From: Toensbergia leucococca
Lineage: Eukaryota
Length of the DNA stretch: 42,963 bases
Assembly (NCBI GenBank): GCA_022813965.1
Contig: JALDZS010000193.1
Span: forward strand, 1-42,963
Direction: 5' to 3'
Shown: positions 22,570 to 34,273 of the stretch, piece by piece
Layout of the letters: every line of letters starts with the position of its first letter
Numbering within the stretch: position 1 is the first letter of the stretch
Notes under the pieces: model-generated
Told to the model about the DNA's origin: nothing
What the model saw: the letters and a program-made list of their open reading frames with translations, nothing else
Databases searched by the model: none
Translations under genes and position numbers: made by a program

Positions 22570-24288
22570 TCAGTACTTCTGGTAAAACTCATTCTTTTCC
22601 GATTCGTGCGACGTGACTTGCTCAATCACTTCAAGATTATCGCTGCGGAAATTATCGACTTTCATCTTGCGGAACTTCCGGGCTGAAATCTTCTTCTCGA
22701 AAAGAACATCCAATTCGCCATATGTGAGGCCCTTGGGTTCAGGTAGTCGAAAGTACGTCCAAAGGAGGCAGAGGCAACAAGTTCCAGCCCAGAAAAATGC
22801 TGCCTTGCCTTTCCAATTCCATGCCGACGGGTTGAGCATACGTGGCATGATGATGTTAACGATAATGCCAGCCACGTTGTACGCATTGCGTGCAATCACC
22901 ACCGTCTTGATTCGAAGTCGAGTAGACGGAATCTCTGCCACAAGAGAGTAGCACACTGGCCCAACTGTGAAGTCGTAGAAAAAGGTAAAGATGAGAAGCA
23001 AGGATCCAGTGGCCCATGCCGTTCCGTTGCTCTCCTTTGCGCAGCCAATACCGCCAACAACGACCAAGATGACGATCATGATGAGCTGCCCATAAACGTA
23101 GAGAGTGCGACGACCGACTCGCTGCATCAAAAACCAAGATCCAACCGTGCCGACAATTCCAATAGCATACTGTGCCAAAGCCATGTCGAAAGATTTCGTG
23201 GTAGGAAGCCCAGCCTGTTCGTAAAAATAGGTCGAGTAACCCATCATAGGAGAGCCGCAAAGAGTCTGAATGATCCAGACCATACTCACAATTTCAGTCC
23301 GTCGAAGATCAACACCCTTGAAACAGTCCCAATAGGATTGGCCCTCTCTCATTTGTTTCTCAAGTTCGTTGGTGTGTACCATCATAGCAATAGTTTCATC
23401 GGGATTGAAGTCAGACACGTTGCTGCTCGTTAAACGTAGCAAAGCTTTCTTCGCATCGCCATTTCGGCCCCTGCGTACAAGCCACCAGGGAGATTCAGGG
23501 GCGAAAAGTACACCAATGATAATTGGAACTGGCCATATCCATTGGATAGCAAACGGAACACGATATGCCCATTGGTCGGTTCGAACGAGGAGCCCACGCA
23601 GAACCCCAGAGCCGACGATTTGACCAAAGACCCAGCACAGATTCACGTATGTAGTCAGATAAGCACGTAGCGCAACTGGCGTGACTTCGGCTGCGTAGGT
23701 GGTAGTCAAAGTCTGGAAGACTCCCCAGGGAATACCACACAGAATCTCTCCAGCCTCGAGCATCTGAACGTTCTGGGCAAAGAAGGTGATGAATATGAAG
23801 CAGATGACCATACACAGTGATCCAATCATAGTCTTCCTATATCCGAATCGTTCCGAGACTATGCCATTGACAAACAGACCAAGGATCTCACCGATTTGAG
23901 CGCCGTTGGTTAGTCCCGATTGCCAGGCAGCAGTGACCTGGTAGGTACCATCAGGTTGAAGGACGCCGTATTTTTTCTGAAACGGTGGAAAGGCAAAGAA
24001 ATTGGCAAGCAGCACAACGTCATAACCTTCCATGATGATTGCGAGGGACAAGAGACATGACCAGCCGACGGCCTTGGGATACAGTCGTATTCCTTCCAGG
24101 AAGGTCATGTCATGCTCCGATTCGGTTGCATTTTTGGCCTCACTGGTGAGCTCAGCCAGGTTCGGAATGGCGACGGACATTCTTCGGTAGACTTCATCGT
24201 TGGCGTTGATGACATTGTCGATGCGCTCAGCGTGGACGACGGAGGACTTCCTCCTTGATCTCTCGTGGTCTTCTTCGTAAGTAACCAT
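22570..24288 (-). CDS. malP: Maltose/alpha-glucoside:H+ symporter (MFS sugar porter), intronless
   Basis: IMEGYD, GIPWGVFQTLTTTYAAEV, LRAYLTTYVNLCW, PESPWWLVR, DLRRTEI, RLPEPKG: Mal11/Mal31-type motifs. Confidence 0.95.
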   Translation of the reverse strand: MVTYEEDHERSRRKSSVVHAERIDNVINANDEVYRRMSVAIPNLAELTSEAKNATESEHDMTFLEGIRLYPKAVGWSCLLSLAIIMEGYDVVLLANFFAFPPFQKKYGVLQPDGTYQVTAAWQSGLTNGAQIGEILGLFVNGIVSERFGYRKTMIGSLCMVICFIFITFFAQNVQMLEAGEILCGIPWGVFQTLTTTYAAEVTPVALRAYLTTYVNLCWVFGQIVGSGVLRGLLVRTDQWAYRVPFAIQWIWPVPIIIGVLFAPESPWWLVRRGRNGDAKKALLRLTSSNVSDFNPDETIAMMVHTNELEKQMREGQSYWDCFKGVDLRRTEIVSMVWIIQTLCGSPMMGYSTYFYEQAGLPTTKSFDMALAQYAIGIVGTVGSWFLMQRVGRRTLYVYGQLIMIVILVVVGGIGCAKESNGTAWATGSLLLIFTFFYDFTVGPVCYSLVAEIPSTRLRIKTVVIARNAYNVAGIIVNIIMPRMLNPSAWNWKGKAAFFWAGTCCLCLLWTYFRLPEPKGLTYGELDVLFEKKISARKFRKMKVDNFRSDNLEVIEQVTSHESEKNEFYQKY

Positions 24289-25264
24289 GATGGAGAATAT
24301 AGATGAAGACGATGTAAAGGTTCAGACGGAAAGGGATTGCTCGTGTAACCCGGTTATTTGGCCTGGATAGAGGTCTTTTCTGCTGGAATCATGATGATTC
24401 TTATAATGTTGGCAGGCTTCCCATCTGTAGCTCTTACTTGGGATTGGATGTCGGAAAAGTGTGGTGACCCCGCATAGGCTGGACTAACAAGATACTAAGC
24501 CAGTCCAATAGATCATCTCATTCCATGCCATCTAGCTCTCCGCTGCATAGCACCTTATGCTGTGGCCGTGTCGAGATGCAGATAGCTTCGGTTCCCCAAC
24601 CAACTGGGATTTTGTGATACGGCACAATTCTCGGTGAAACTGTCGTCGATGACATTTGGCGCCACCTGACAGCCATGTTCCCCTGCCCCGCGGAATTTAG
24701 GGCCGTGCTTTTGTTCGCTCGAATTCTCGCGCATTCGGAGAGGAAAATGCGGGGTTTCAACTTGTGCTGTGGGGTGATTAGTACTTCAGCTAGCAAGAGC
24801 AGATCTTTCATTTAGCGACCCAGGGGGTAGATAGGTAACCCTTAGCTTTCGCATTTGGTCTGAGGGTAGAACAAGTAACTCAATTGCGATTCCCATGAAT
24901 CCACGGCGGTGATCCCTCGTCATGCTGAAAAGCAAAATTGACATTTCCAGGTGATCTAACATCAACAACCAAGCCGAGAATCGTTCTTCGGATTGGGGCC
25001 GTCTTCAGTCGTCATGTTGTCGCTCCCTAGAGGGGTTGCAGTGGCAGCCCTGATAAGGAATTTTGGCGCTGAAGAAGATATCATTAACGCAGTACTCTGC
25101 AGCAGGTCATGCATGATGCGCGACGATTGCAGTCTTGATATAAAAAGGCCAATCTCACGACAAGTTGCTTTTTTGGCTCCCCTTCCCTTATCCCCTTCTC
25201 TGAGGTTACTTTAGTGCTTGGCAATTCCTCGAAAAAAATACATCGAATCTTCCAAAGCATCGCA
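24289..25264. promoter_or_regulatory. Divergent permease/maltase promoter with CreA/Mig1-type and CGG sites
   Basis: SYGGRG matches at 24468-24473 (-), 24686-24691 (-), 24749-24754 and 24769-24774; CGGAATTTA at 24691-24699; CGG-N11-CGG at 24736-24752. Confidence 0.55.
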
Positions 25265-26995
25265 ATGACCGTCTCAGAGCGGATTTGGTGGAAAGATGGC
25301 ATTGTTTACCAGATATATCCCGCGAGCTACAAAGACTCGAACGGAGATGGCATAGGCGATATTCCAGGGGTGATCTCTACCCTTGACTACCTGAAAGATT
25401 TAGGTGTCGATATTGTCTGGCTGAGCCCTCATTACGACAGTCCTCAGCACGACATGGGATACGACGTCTCCAATTATGAAGATGTATACGCACCGTACGG
25501 CAGGGTTGCTGATGCTGAGGGCCTTATCGAGGCATGTCATGACCGAGGAATGCGAATCATCTTTGACCTTGTCATAAATCACACCTCTGATCTTCATCAG
25601 TGGTTCAAAGAATCGCGTTCATCCAAGCATGACCCTAAACGAGACTGGTACATCTGGCGTCCGGCAAGGTACAACAAGAACGGCGAAAGAAAACCGCCAA
25701 ACAATTGGCGAAGTTTCTTTGGTGGTAGTGCCTGGGAATGGGATGAGGCTACCCAAGAATACTACCTTCATCTCTTTTTGACCGAACAACCTGATCTCAA
25801 TTGGGAGAACGGTATCACGCGAGATGCCGTTTATCAAAGCGCCATGACATTCTGGCTAGATAAAGGCTTGGATGGATTCAGGGTTGATACCGTCAATATG
25901 TACAGTAAAGGGCTTGAACTTCCTGACGCGCCAGTCAGCGACAATACCTCGGAATGGCAAGTTGCCCACAGTCTCTTTTGCAACGGGCCAAGAATGCATG
26001 AGTTCTTGCGGGAGATGAATCAGAAGATCCTGTCAAACTACGATACCATGATAGTAGGCGAGCTGCCGCATACTCCCGACGCAGATCATGTCTTGCGGTA
26101 CGTGTCTGCAAAGGATAGACAACTCGACATGGTATTCCAGTTTGACGCCGTGGATCTCGGTCAGGGTCATAATTACAAACTCGAGACGAGACCCTGGTCC
26201 TTGACCGAGCTCAAATCAGCGATTTCGAGCGCCCAATCTCTCGCGGCTGACGGTGATGGGTGGACCACGGCTTTCCTGGAGAACCACGACCAGGCACGGT
26301 CAATTTCTCGCTTCGCATCCGACCATCCAAAATACCACGCCGTCTCGGGCAAGATGCTCGCCATTTTCCTCGCCACTTTGACAGGGACTCTTTTCATTTA
26401 TCAAGGCCAAGAGATCGGTACCATCAATTGTCCCAAAAATTGGCCGATTGAAGAGTACAAGGACGTTGCATCACTCAACTATTACAACATGATCAAAGAG
26501 CGTAGCGGAGGTGAAAGGGTCGCTCTTGACGCAGCATTGGATGGAATACAAAAGGTAGCGAGAGACCACGCAAGGGCACCAATGCAATGGGATGACACAC
26601 CTCACGCAGGTTTCACAACAGGAACACCTTGGATGAGGGCCCACGACCGATATCCCAGCATCAACGTCAAACAGCAACGAGGTGATAAGAACAGCATATT
26701 CCATTTTTGGAAGAAGATGCTCGCCTTGAGAAAGAAATACACGGATCTCTTCGTTCACGGTAAATTTGAAATTCTTGACTGTCAGAATGAGTCAACTTTC
26801 ACCTACACCAAGACTTTCAAGGGCGATCGCTCCCTAGTTGCCCTGAATTTCACTGGAGTTTCTCGGCCCTTTTCGAAGCCAGCGAAATTGCAAGGGAATT
26901 TGACGCTGCTAGTGAGTAACGTAGAGCCTAAAGAGGAAACCTTGGAGCCGTATGAGGGAAGGGTGTATCTAGTAGATCGGGCAAATACTTCGTGA
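25265..26995 (+). CDS. malT: GH13 alpha-glucosidase (maltase), intronless
   Basis: YQIYPASYKDSNGDGIGD, DLVINH, QPDLNW; catalytic FRVDTVN, VGELP, ENHD; RDHARAPMQW. ATG at 25265. Confidence 0.95.
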   Translation: MTVSERIWWKDGIVYQIYPASYKDSNGDGIGDIPGVISTLDYLKDLGVDIVWLSPHYDSPQHDMGYDVSNYEDVYAPYGRVADAEGLIEACHDRGMRIIFDLVINHTSDLHQWFKESRSSKHDPKRDWYIWRPARYNKNGERKPPNNWRSFFGGSAWEWDEATQEYYLHLFLTEQPDLNWENGITRDAVYQSAMTFWLDKGLDGFRVDTVNMYSKGLELPDAPVSDNTSEWQVAHSLFCNGPRMHEFLREMNQKILSNYDTMIVGELPHTPDADHVLRYVSAKDRQLDMVFQFDAVDLGQGHNYKLETRPWSLTELKSAISSAQSLAADGDGWTTAFLENHDQARSISRFASDHPKYHAVSGKMLAIFLATLTGTLFIYQGQEIGTINCPKNWPIEEYKDVASLNYYNMIKERSGGERVALDAALDGIQKVARDHARAPMQWDDTPHAGFTTGTPWMRAHDRYPSINVKQQRGDKNSIFHFWKKMLALRKKYTDLFVHGKFEILDCQNESTFTYTKTFKGDRSLVALNFTGVSRPFSKPAKLQGNLTLLVSNVEPKEETLEPYEGRVYLVDRANTS

Positions 26996-27759
26996 GACAT
27001 AGATACAATTTTCCATAGGTTCTGCTTCAATTTCAATCAACTCAATGACGAAAGCCCTGCAATGATCTCGACTTCGTGAGCGACATTCGGTCGGAGACCA
27101 CAAGATTTCGTGGGATCAGATTTTGGCGACATCAGTCTAGTCCAGCCAAGGGAGTCATGTAAAGATGCAGCCAATCATAGATCTATCATCAAGGTTCGTA
27201 AAATTGCAGGACGACCCGAATTCATAATCCAGTGAGGATACCTACAAAATTGATGTACTTTGAAAAGTAGTCGACAAGAAAGCTTAGCTGTAAGCCTGGA
27301 TGTGGCATCACTCCCCATTGTATCACTTCTACATATAAATATTAGCAGCGCCAAGTACTAGCATGAGACACGGTAACTCGTGGCTGATGAAGGAAAATAG
27401 CGAACCCAAGGACTTACGACCCTTAGTAAGACCCTAGTCTCCCGAGACGAACGTTAGGTGTCTCGGCTAGCAAATAGAAGCTTTTCGAGTTTGAGCGAGA
27501 GCGAGCACACGAAAGCCCCTATGGCTAGTTTGCCAAAAGATCGTCTTGTCGGTTCCAAGCCTGCTACCGCCCAAAGCCTCGGCTTCTTCTGAACAACGTT
27601 GTTACCTTATATTACTTCCTTCTGGGTGGACACCAGGAATCGGCCCTTTGAGATCTCGGTCGCTGTAACCTTTGTTTAGGAACTGGCAATCCAGGCCCCT
27701 GCGGAGTGGCGCAGCCACAGCCTGTAGGTATACCTGTTTCTCTGGTGACTTGCGTCGAA

Positions 27760-28350
27760 TAAAACAGATCTTAGAACCAGAAAAGCTGTCGCGTTCAAAT
27801 TTGAATACTACTCGCAGATGCACAAGATGTCATCCGGATTTCCTGGTCTGCCAGCTTTATTTGCGACATTGATCGACCATTGCAGACTCGTAGGTGATGA
27901 TCAGATTGGTTCTAAGTTGGCCGCGCTGCCAAAATGAGGATGTATACTGCGACAAGGACCCAGTCCTGGAAGACTTTTTCCATAGATTCTCTCAGAAGTT
28001 CATCATATTGAAAGCTCATTTCCTTTCCACTTCATAATGACCAACATGCTGCTATGTGGGCCGTTAATTTGATCTAGAGCTCAGGAATAAGCAACCGTCA
28101 TGCCCTCTGCTAGCTAAGAGGATTCTCTAGTCAAAGCGCAGCAACGATAAGCATGTGCGAGATGGCAGGTTGTTGCCATAGCTAAGAGAGTCACTACATC
28201 CCACGATTCATTGACGCTTTGAACTCTCGAAACTAGTGTGATATCATCTTCCTTCTAGATCCACTAAATTTTGGGACTATTTTCTAGAAATGGCGAGGTT
28301 AACGAGACACCCTGCCACGGTATGGAACCGATCAGATATGAAGAGATAAG
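27760..28350 (+). pseudogene. Highly decayed casein kinase I-like relic
   Basis: TDLRTRKAVAFKFE (~27764) and GPS/LEDFFHRFSQKF (~27956, with frameshift) resemble CK1 TxxxTGEEVAIKLE and GPSLEDLFxxCxRKF; the rest is barely alignable. Confidence 0.35.
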
Positions 28351-30814
28351 TCGGGATCAGGACCCATTGGGCGGACCGATCTGCGACACTGCCGATTCGT
28401 TGCTTGAGATACCGGATCAAGTCTCCGAATTGGGTACACTGTGGAGGGTTTGACCTCGATCCGATCTTCATTTAGCTAGCACTCCTTTTTAAATGTCACT
28501 GCGATGAAAGGTGGCTTCTCAGGCAATCCTGTCTTGAGACACCTCTCTTGACCTAAAAGGATCACAGCTATAGGGTCGACGTTGAGAAGTATACTGACAT
28601 ACCAGGAGGACGGTGGTAGGGTCAACGCCGAGCAGTGTACTAGCTTACCAGGTGCGGAAGATCCAGAGTAACGCTTCTCCAAGGACTCAAGAAGTCTTGT
28701 CCAATGTTTGCGTCCAAGCAAGGCAGCACACCTTCCACTTTAATACAGTCTCCATTGCGCAAGGTTCGAGCAATTAATTAGCGATGGGTTTGCATTGTCT
28801 GGTCATCAAAGGCCACGGATTTCCTTTCGGTACAATTCGAATTGGAGTTGTTAAGGAGATGCTGACGCGTGGTTGCAATGTACGACTCCGTGTGGGGCTG
28901 AGGTCCGGAATTTATGCTCTTTGGCGGCATTAAAAGGATGCTGCGGATGCACAATGCTGAAAGCGAAGAAGATGAAGTATGTTAGAAGAGGAATTGGACC
29001 AATGTCTGACATACAATCATGCCATGAGTCCAGAGGGATTTTATAATAGCGAATTGTCATGCAGCTCCGACACCATTTCTTCCAAATTACCCTCCTAAAG
29101 GGCAATGAAAAGGCCCCAAGAGCTTCTCTTCTAGGCCGCGCATCTTCAGCTACTTGGATCTGCCCACTGAGACTAGGTAGGGATGGCCTGAGCTCACTGA
29201 AGCTTATGCTTTCTGTCACGGAACAGTGAACACTTTAACAGTACACTGGGCGTTACAAATGTACAGGAAGGCTAAGGTATCAAAATTGATTGATGCATCG
29301 AGGCCAGAAGTTCCGCAAATTCTAGGCAGAATCTAGACAGAGAGAAAGCGATCTTTCACACTCGATATGCTAGCAGAGCATCGCAAAGATCAAAGGTTTC
29401 AGTTGACTGGATGTTAGAGAGCTGGAAGGTGTTGATCATGGTGTCGAAGTATTCTTGTCGCGTGAATTACGTCTTGATCCAACGTGAGCGTCTTACCTGA
29501 TGGGGCTAGACGAAAAGGAGTTGGATGCCGAAGTTGACCCGACCCGACCCACTAATCGCTGTTGTGCGGAGTACATAGCTTCGAATCTAGCCTCAAGTTT
29601 TCATCGACCAAATTTATCTCTTATCAATGCTCAAAGCCAATGTTCTTGATTCCGTTCTCTACCTAGACCAGCCTAATCAGCAACAAGATGAGACCTCTAC
29701 TGTGACAATGCCGCAAAGATCAGGTATCATATTCCTCAAGTGAGTATCCTGACATTGAGAAAGTCTTGTCCCATCTCAACAACGCTCCATCCACCCCCAT
29801 TCACTTCTCATCGCACATTTCTCCTTATTCGGGACTTTTCTTTTCCAGGTGGGGTGAGAAAAGAGGGTTCTGACATGTTTTCAGCTTACTCGAGTTTGTT
29901 TTAGATGTAGCAGTGCTAATGTGGACATACTCAAACAAAGCATCATGAGGGCTTTAAATTTGTCAAGATTTAACCAAAGCTTGTAAAGATCCCTGATGAA
30001 GAGGGTCTCTTTCTCCACTATTCGCTCTTCAATGACATTCCTTCACTTGCTCCGAGAAATAAAATGACAGCTTGAATACTTGCGGATAAGATTGCAAATT
30101 TGGGTGCACCTTATGTTCGGTCTGGAGTCATACCTGGAGTGAAGAAGCTAATGATAAATGACCAAAACTGCAACCAAAATAGGGTATATGAAAGGGAAAA
30201 ATTCATTCATTCACAGGGATGCTTTCTCGATTTTATTACCTGGGTATTAAGATTGCCGACAGAAGTCTCAAGCAGATTGATTGGTGCTTCGTGGAGAATC
30301 CAAAGTGGTCGGTTCACCAGGTTGATCAGGCAGCTGTCAACGTCCAGCCCGCCGTGGATGATGAGAGGGAATTGGAGGATGCAACATTAAAATTCTGATT
30401 TTATGATTACCGATAAACGACGAATTGAAAGCATAGGATGGCATAACGAAGGGGCAGGCAACGGCACGAATTATTGATATCATGGCGAGACTGAATTCTC
30501 CCGGAAAGCGTAGAGGAGAGAGAGATTTGATAGACAGGCGTCGAGATACAATCTACTAGGATTATGATGGACAGGATTGAGTCATATTTAAAGTGAGTAG
30601 GGCCAGTGTTAACCTTTTCCAACAACCGTCCAACATATCCAAAACCCCCGACCTCATTTCTTCCACTTTTAACCAATACAGCTAACTCCATCACCTTGTT
30701 ATTAGCCCTCTACCTTAATTCACACCCACCATGTCAATCAATAAACCACGACGTAATCCAAGATCTCACTTGTAGCCATCATACTCACACATACTCGTTC
30801 TACCTCATCCATCC

Positions 30815-31905
30815 TCACGTAGTGGCTTTTTGTACCATCCACCTCTTGCCGTCAGCCTCAACCTCCGTCGGCAAAAAATGCCGTCCGAAAAACTCCATAA
30901 TCACACTTGTAGCATTGTAGCCCGCATTTTCGCTCGTTGGCCACACGTGTTTTGAATAGCTCGAGAAATAATGGCTCACAATACCTGCATGCCCTCCACA
31001 ATCCCACGTGGTCCGGTTGACATTATTAGCGCCCTCTTTATCTACAAGTATAGCGGTCTCATTAGCGGCTGTCTGCGCACATCCGTCCCATGCCGTCCAA
31101 TTATGCAGCCAATCAGGTATCGGAACTGTGATGCCTCTGTCACTTCCATCTTCGCCTCCCTCGTAGAATATTGTTGTGTCCGCTCCACCGTGGAACTCGA
31201 GTATAGGAATGGGTGTCCGGCTGGGAAAGCAGGGTCCTTGAAAATCGGTGTAAAAAGCTCCTGAGACGGGAGCAAATGCAGCTATCACGGCTGATGCGGA
31301 GGGATTGCACGCCAATTGGCCGACCATACCACCACCGTTTGATTTGCCGGATGCGTAGATGAGGGAGGGGTTGATGCAAAAGCGCGATTGCAGGTGAGTG
31401 ATGAGTTCGAGGATGAAGAGGGTATCGTTGATGGAAGGGGGAGCTGAGGGATCGCCAAGCCATTGTTTCTGTTAGGATTTTAGTGGTAAGGCTGTTTAGG
31501 TGGCGAGACATTCAGGAGGGATGGAGTGGAAAGAGAAGGACTTACGTCGATGCCTTGAGGATAGACAGCTATGGCTTCAGTATTGAAAAATGGATTAGAG
31601 AACTTGGAAAGTTGCTCTTGCTCTAAATTAGTCTTTCCCCGCCCGTGGAAAGAGAGTATCAGAGGAGCTGGGATTTCGATAGGGTAGTCTGGGGGAACGG
31701 TGAGGCTATAAGCTCGATAGGAAGGAGGGGAAGTGCTATTGCTGAGGAAGTGGGTGAAGTTGTAGCTTTCACCGCCAGGAGTGATTTCTGTGGGGATAGG
31801 AAGGTGGCAGCCATTGGTTGAAGTCACAGCGTTGACTAGGTGGCTAAACACAGCGACGCAGGTCAAAACAACCAGAAGCGTAGACGAAATGGGTTGTTGG
31901 GCCAT
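30815..31905 (-). CDS. Secreted CE1 esterase (feruloyl esterase/PHB-depolymerase-like)
   Basis: Signal peptide; PLILSFHG, AVYPQG, nucleophile GKSNGGG, APVSGAFY, EFHGGADTT, HVWP; intron 31469-31545. Confidence 0.9.
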
Positions 31906-32501
31906 TTTCTTGGTGAAAGCGGATTTAGAGCCTGTGTACGAAGTCAATGGCACTCCGGAAAGTGGTATGGACGGAATGTAGAGAAAGAAGAGAAATTATG
32001 AGTGAGGCTATGACTACCTCAAGAGTAGTAGCCCTTGATAGCCGAAAAGGGATGCTTGATTGTGTGAAGACGATTGCGACGTATACAGGGTGTCGAGCAT
32101 CTTGAGGCCTCACCGAAGCGCAACAAAATAAAACGAGGATTCAGCCCAGGGATTAGTGCTGACGAGAGAAAGAGACGTTGGCTTAGATTGACACCTGAGT
32201 CAAGGAAAAACATCTGTAGAGACATGTGGGTCTCACTTCAATCGCTTCATACATATGTTCGAGGGATGATCAAAGACGATGGAAAGGATGAGGACGATGA
32301 TGGTGGAACGTGAAGATTTACTCACTTTTCCGATGACGTCACTTAGAGTAAAATAACTTAAACACTTATTCTAGATCCGCCCTCAGTCCGAAGCTTGCGA
32401 CAAACCCAGCGTGACGGGTGATGAGTGCTATGATGACATTTCTCTCCCTCTCTTTTCCACTTCACCTCTAGGAGACCTTATCATCAACAAATATCCTCCC
32501 A

Positions 32502-33071
32502 ATGTCTCTGCCTCAGCAGGGTCTTCGCATTGCAATCGGCGGTGACGATGCCGGCTTCTCCTACAAAGACATCCTGAAGGCAGACCTCAACAAAGACAGC
32601 CGCGTCCAATCCGTCATTGACGTTGGTGTCATCCACAACGAGGACAAGATTGCTTACCCACACGTTGCTGTGGATGCCTGCAAGCTCATCCTCTCTGGCG
32701 AAGCAGATCGTGCTCTGTTGATTTGTGGCACCGGTTTAGGAGTGGCTATCAGTGCGAACAAGGTTCCAGGCATACGGGCGGTAACGGCACACGATAGCTA
32801 CTCAGTGGAACGGGCAGTGTTGAGCAACAACGCCCAGGTCTTGTGTATGGGACAAAGGGTGGTGGGCATAGAATTGGCGAGGAGATTAGTCAAGGACTGG
32901 GTGGGTTACACATTTGACCCGGAGTCGAGTAGTGCGGAAAAGATACAGGCCATCAGTGATTATGAGACGAAGCATGCCAAGGGTAAGTCTGGAGATTCAG
33001 CCACTCTCCCTATCTTCAACTCTCGTCGCCAAGGCCGAGCCGTTGACTTAGTGTCTGCAGGTCATGTATGA
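32502..33071 (+). CDS. rpiB: RpiB/LacAB-family sugar-phosphate isomerase (ribose-5-P or D-erythrulose-4-P isomerase)
   Basis: [48 protein letters not shown]; probable 78-nt intron 32983-33060. Confidence 0.93.
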   Translation: MSLPQQGLRIAIGGDDAGFSYKDILKADLNKDSRVQSVIDVGVIHNEDKIAYPHVAVDACKLILSGEADRALLICGTGLGVAISANKVPGIRAVTAHDSYSVERAVLSNNAQVLCMGQRVVGIELARRLVKDWVGYTFDPESSSAEKIQAISDYETKHAKGKSGDSATLPIFNSRRQGRAVDLVSAGHV

Positions 33072-33844
33072 TGAGCCATTTCTTACGGGCTCGGGTCTGT
33101 TCCGCGCCAAAAAGGAGGCTTGCCGCTTGACTGTATGATTTATGGCTAAACTAAAGACAAGTCTTCCATGTATATATCCGTGCTTGCCACATCTATCTAC
33201 AATTTGGGTCTTGAAGTTTGAATTTCCAAGAAAGCCAACTCCTGATGCCATTATTTTCGTTTACAAAGCCTCCAATAATGCCTATATCACCAGGGATTTT
33301 CGTATTGTTAATGGATCTAAAGCAGAAAGAGACTTTCGAGTCCACGTCTTTAGCCTTGTTTTAATACCCCAGACATTCATCCTTACTTTGCTCTAGAATG
33401 AGGATTACCAATACTATTGGTGGGTGATCCGGGTTCTGTGACAGGGGCCAGAACTTCAGATAGACGAGAACCTTTACCCGCCGAAGATGCGACCGAATCG
33501 GAGATTCAAGTTGTCTTAAACGGGAGACGGGCTTATCTAGAAAGTCACCCAAAGGAGCCACTCGGCTACCTTATAGCTATAGTCACCAACCGTCAAGCAG
33601 CTTTTTCGACCCAAGACACGCTTCCAGCTCTCTACCGTGCATCGTCTCTGCCCAAGGCGGGATTGGTAATGATTACGAGCAACAGGCCATTGCATGTTAA
33701 ACGGCTTGCTCTGGCTGGGACTGAGGCCACGATACCTTGCCGAATTAGGGGAAGTTGTGGGCAGTATGCATGACAGCGTCATAGCATCATATCACACGGG
33801 CTGATCCAGTCTTATTTTGGGCCATGACGTGCTTGTAGATTATG

Positions 33845-33892
33845 TAGGTAGGGAAGTAAGCACAAGGTAGGTAGAATAGGTAGGTAGGTAGG
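33845..33892 (+). repeat. Imperfect (GTAG)n microsatellite
   Basis: gtaggtagg...ggtaggtagaataggtaggtaggtagg. Confidence 0.6.
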
Positions 33893-34273
33893 TTGAGGGC
33901 AGTGCAGAACCCCCACGTCTATCGACGATTGTGCGTGGGATTCCTCCACACCCCCACGCGTATTGCTGCTCCTTCCTTTCAGCACTACATTACTTCAGGA
34001 GGCAAGCACCAGCACCACCACCACCAACAATGACTCCTCATCTAGGGCCAGTAGCCAGGTCAATAGCCAGGTCAATCTTGGCTGCTGGTCCACCAAGCCG
34101 TCGACATGTCATCAACATCAACATCACCATCAATTCTCCGACACGATTGACCACACCTCCACCTCCACCCTCAGCCCATTCTCTTCCTCTCCCACAAAGT
34201 GCGCCACGCATTCCATTCCTGTTCTGTCGTAACAAGTCACCACTTTACCTTACGGGTCTACACGTTCTATTTC

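Noticed and set aside
27515..27575. tRNA-like A/B-box resemblance (TGGCTAGTTTG...GGTTCCAAGCC)
   Set aside because: No acceptor-stem pairing or cloverleaf could be built.
29627..29950. Possible small two-exon gene (ATG, GTGAGT donor, CAG acceptor)
   Set aside because: Short product with no recognisable motif; unsupported without expression data.
33417..33773. 118-aa ORF between rpiB and the TIM gene
   Set aside because: Non-ATG start and no recognisable domain.
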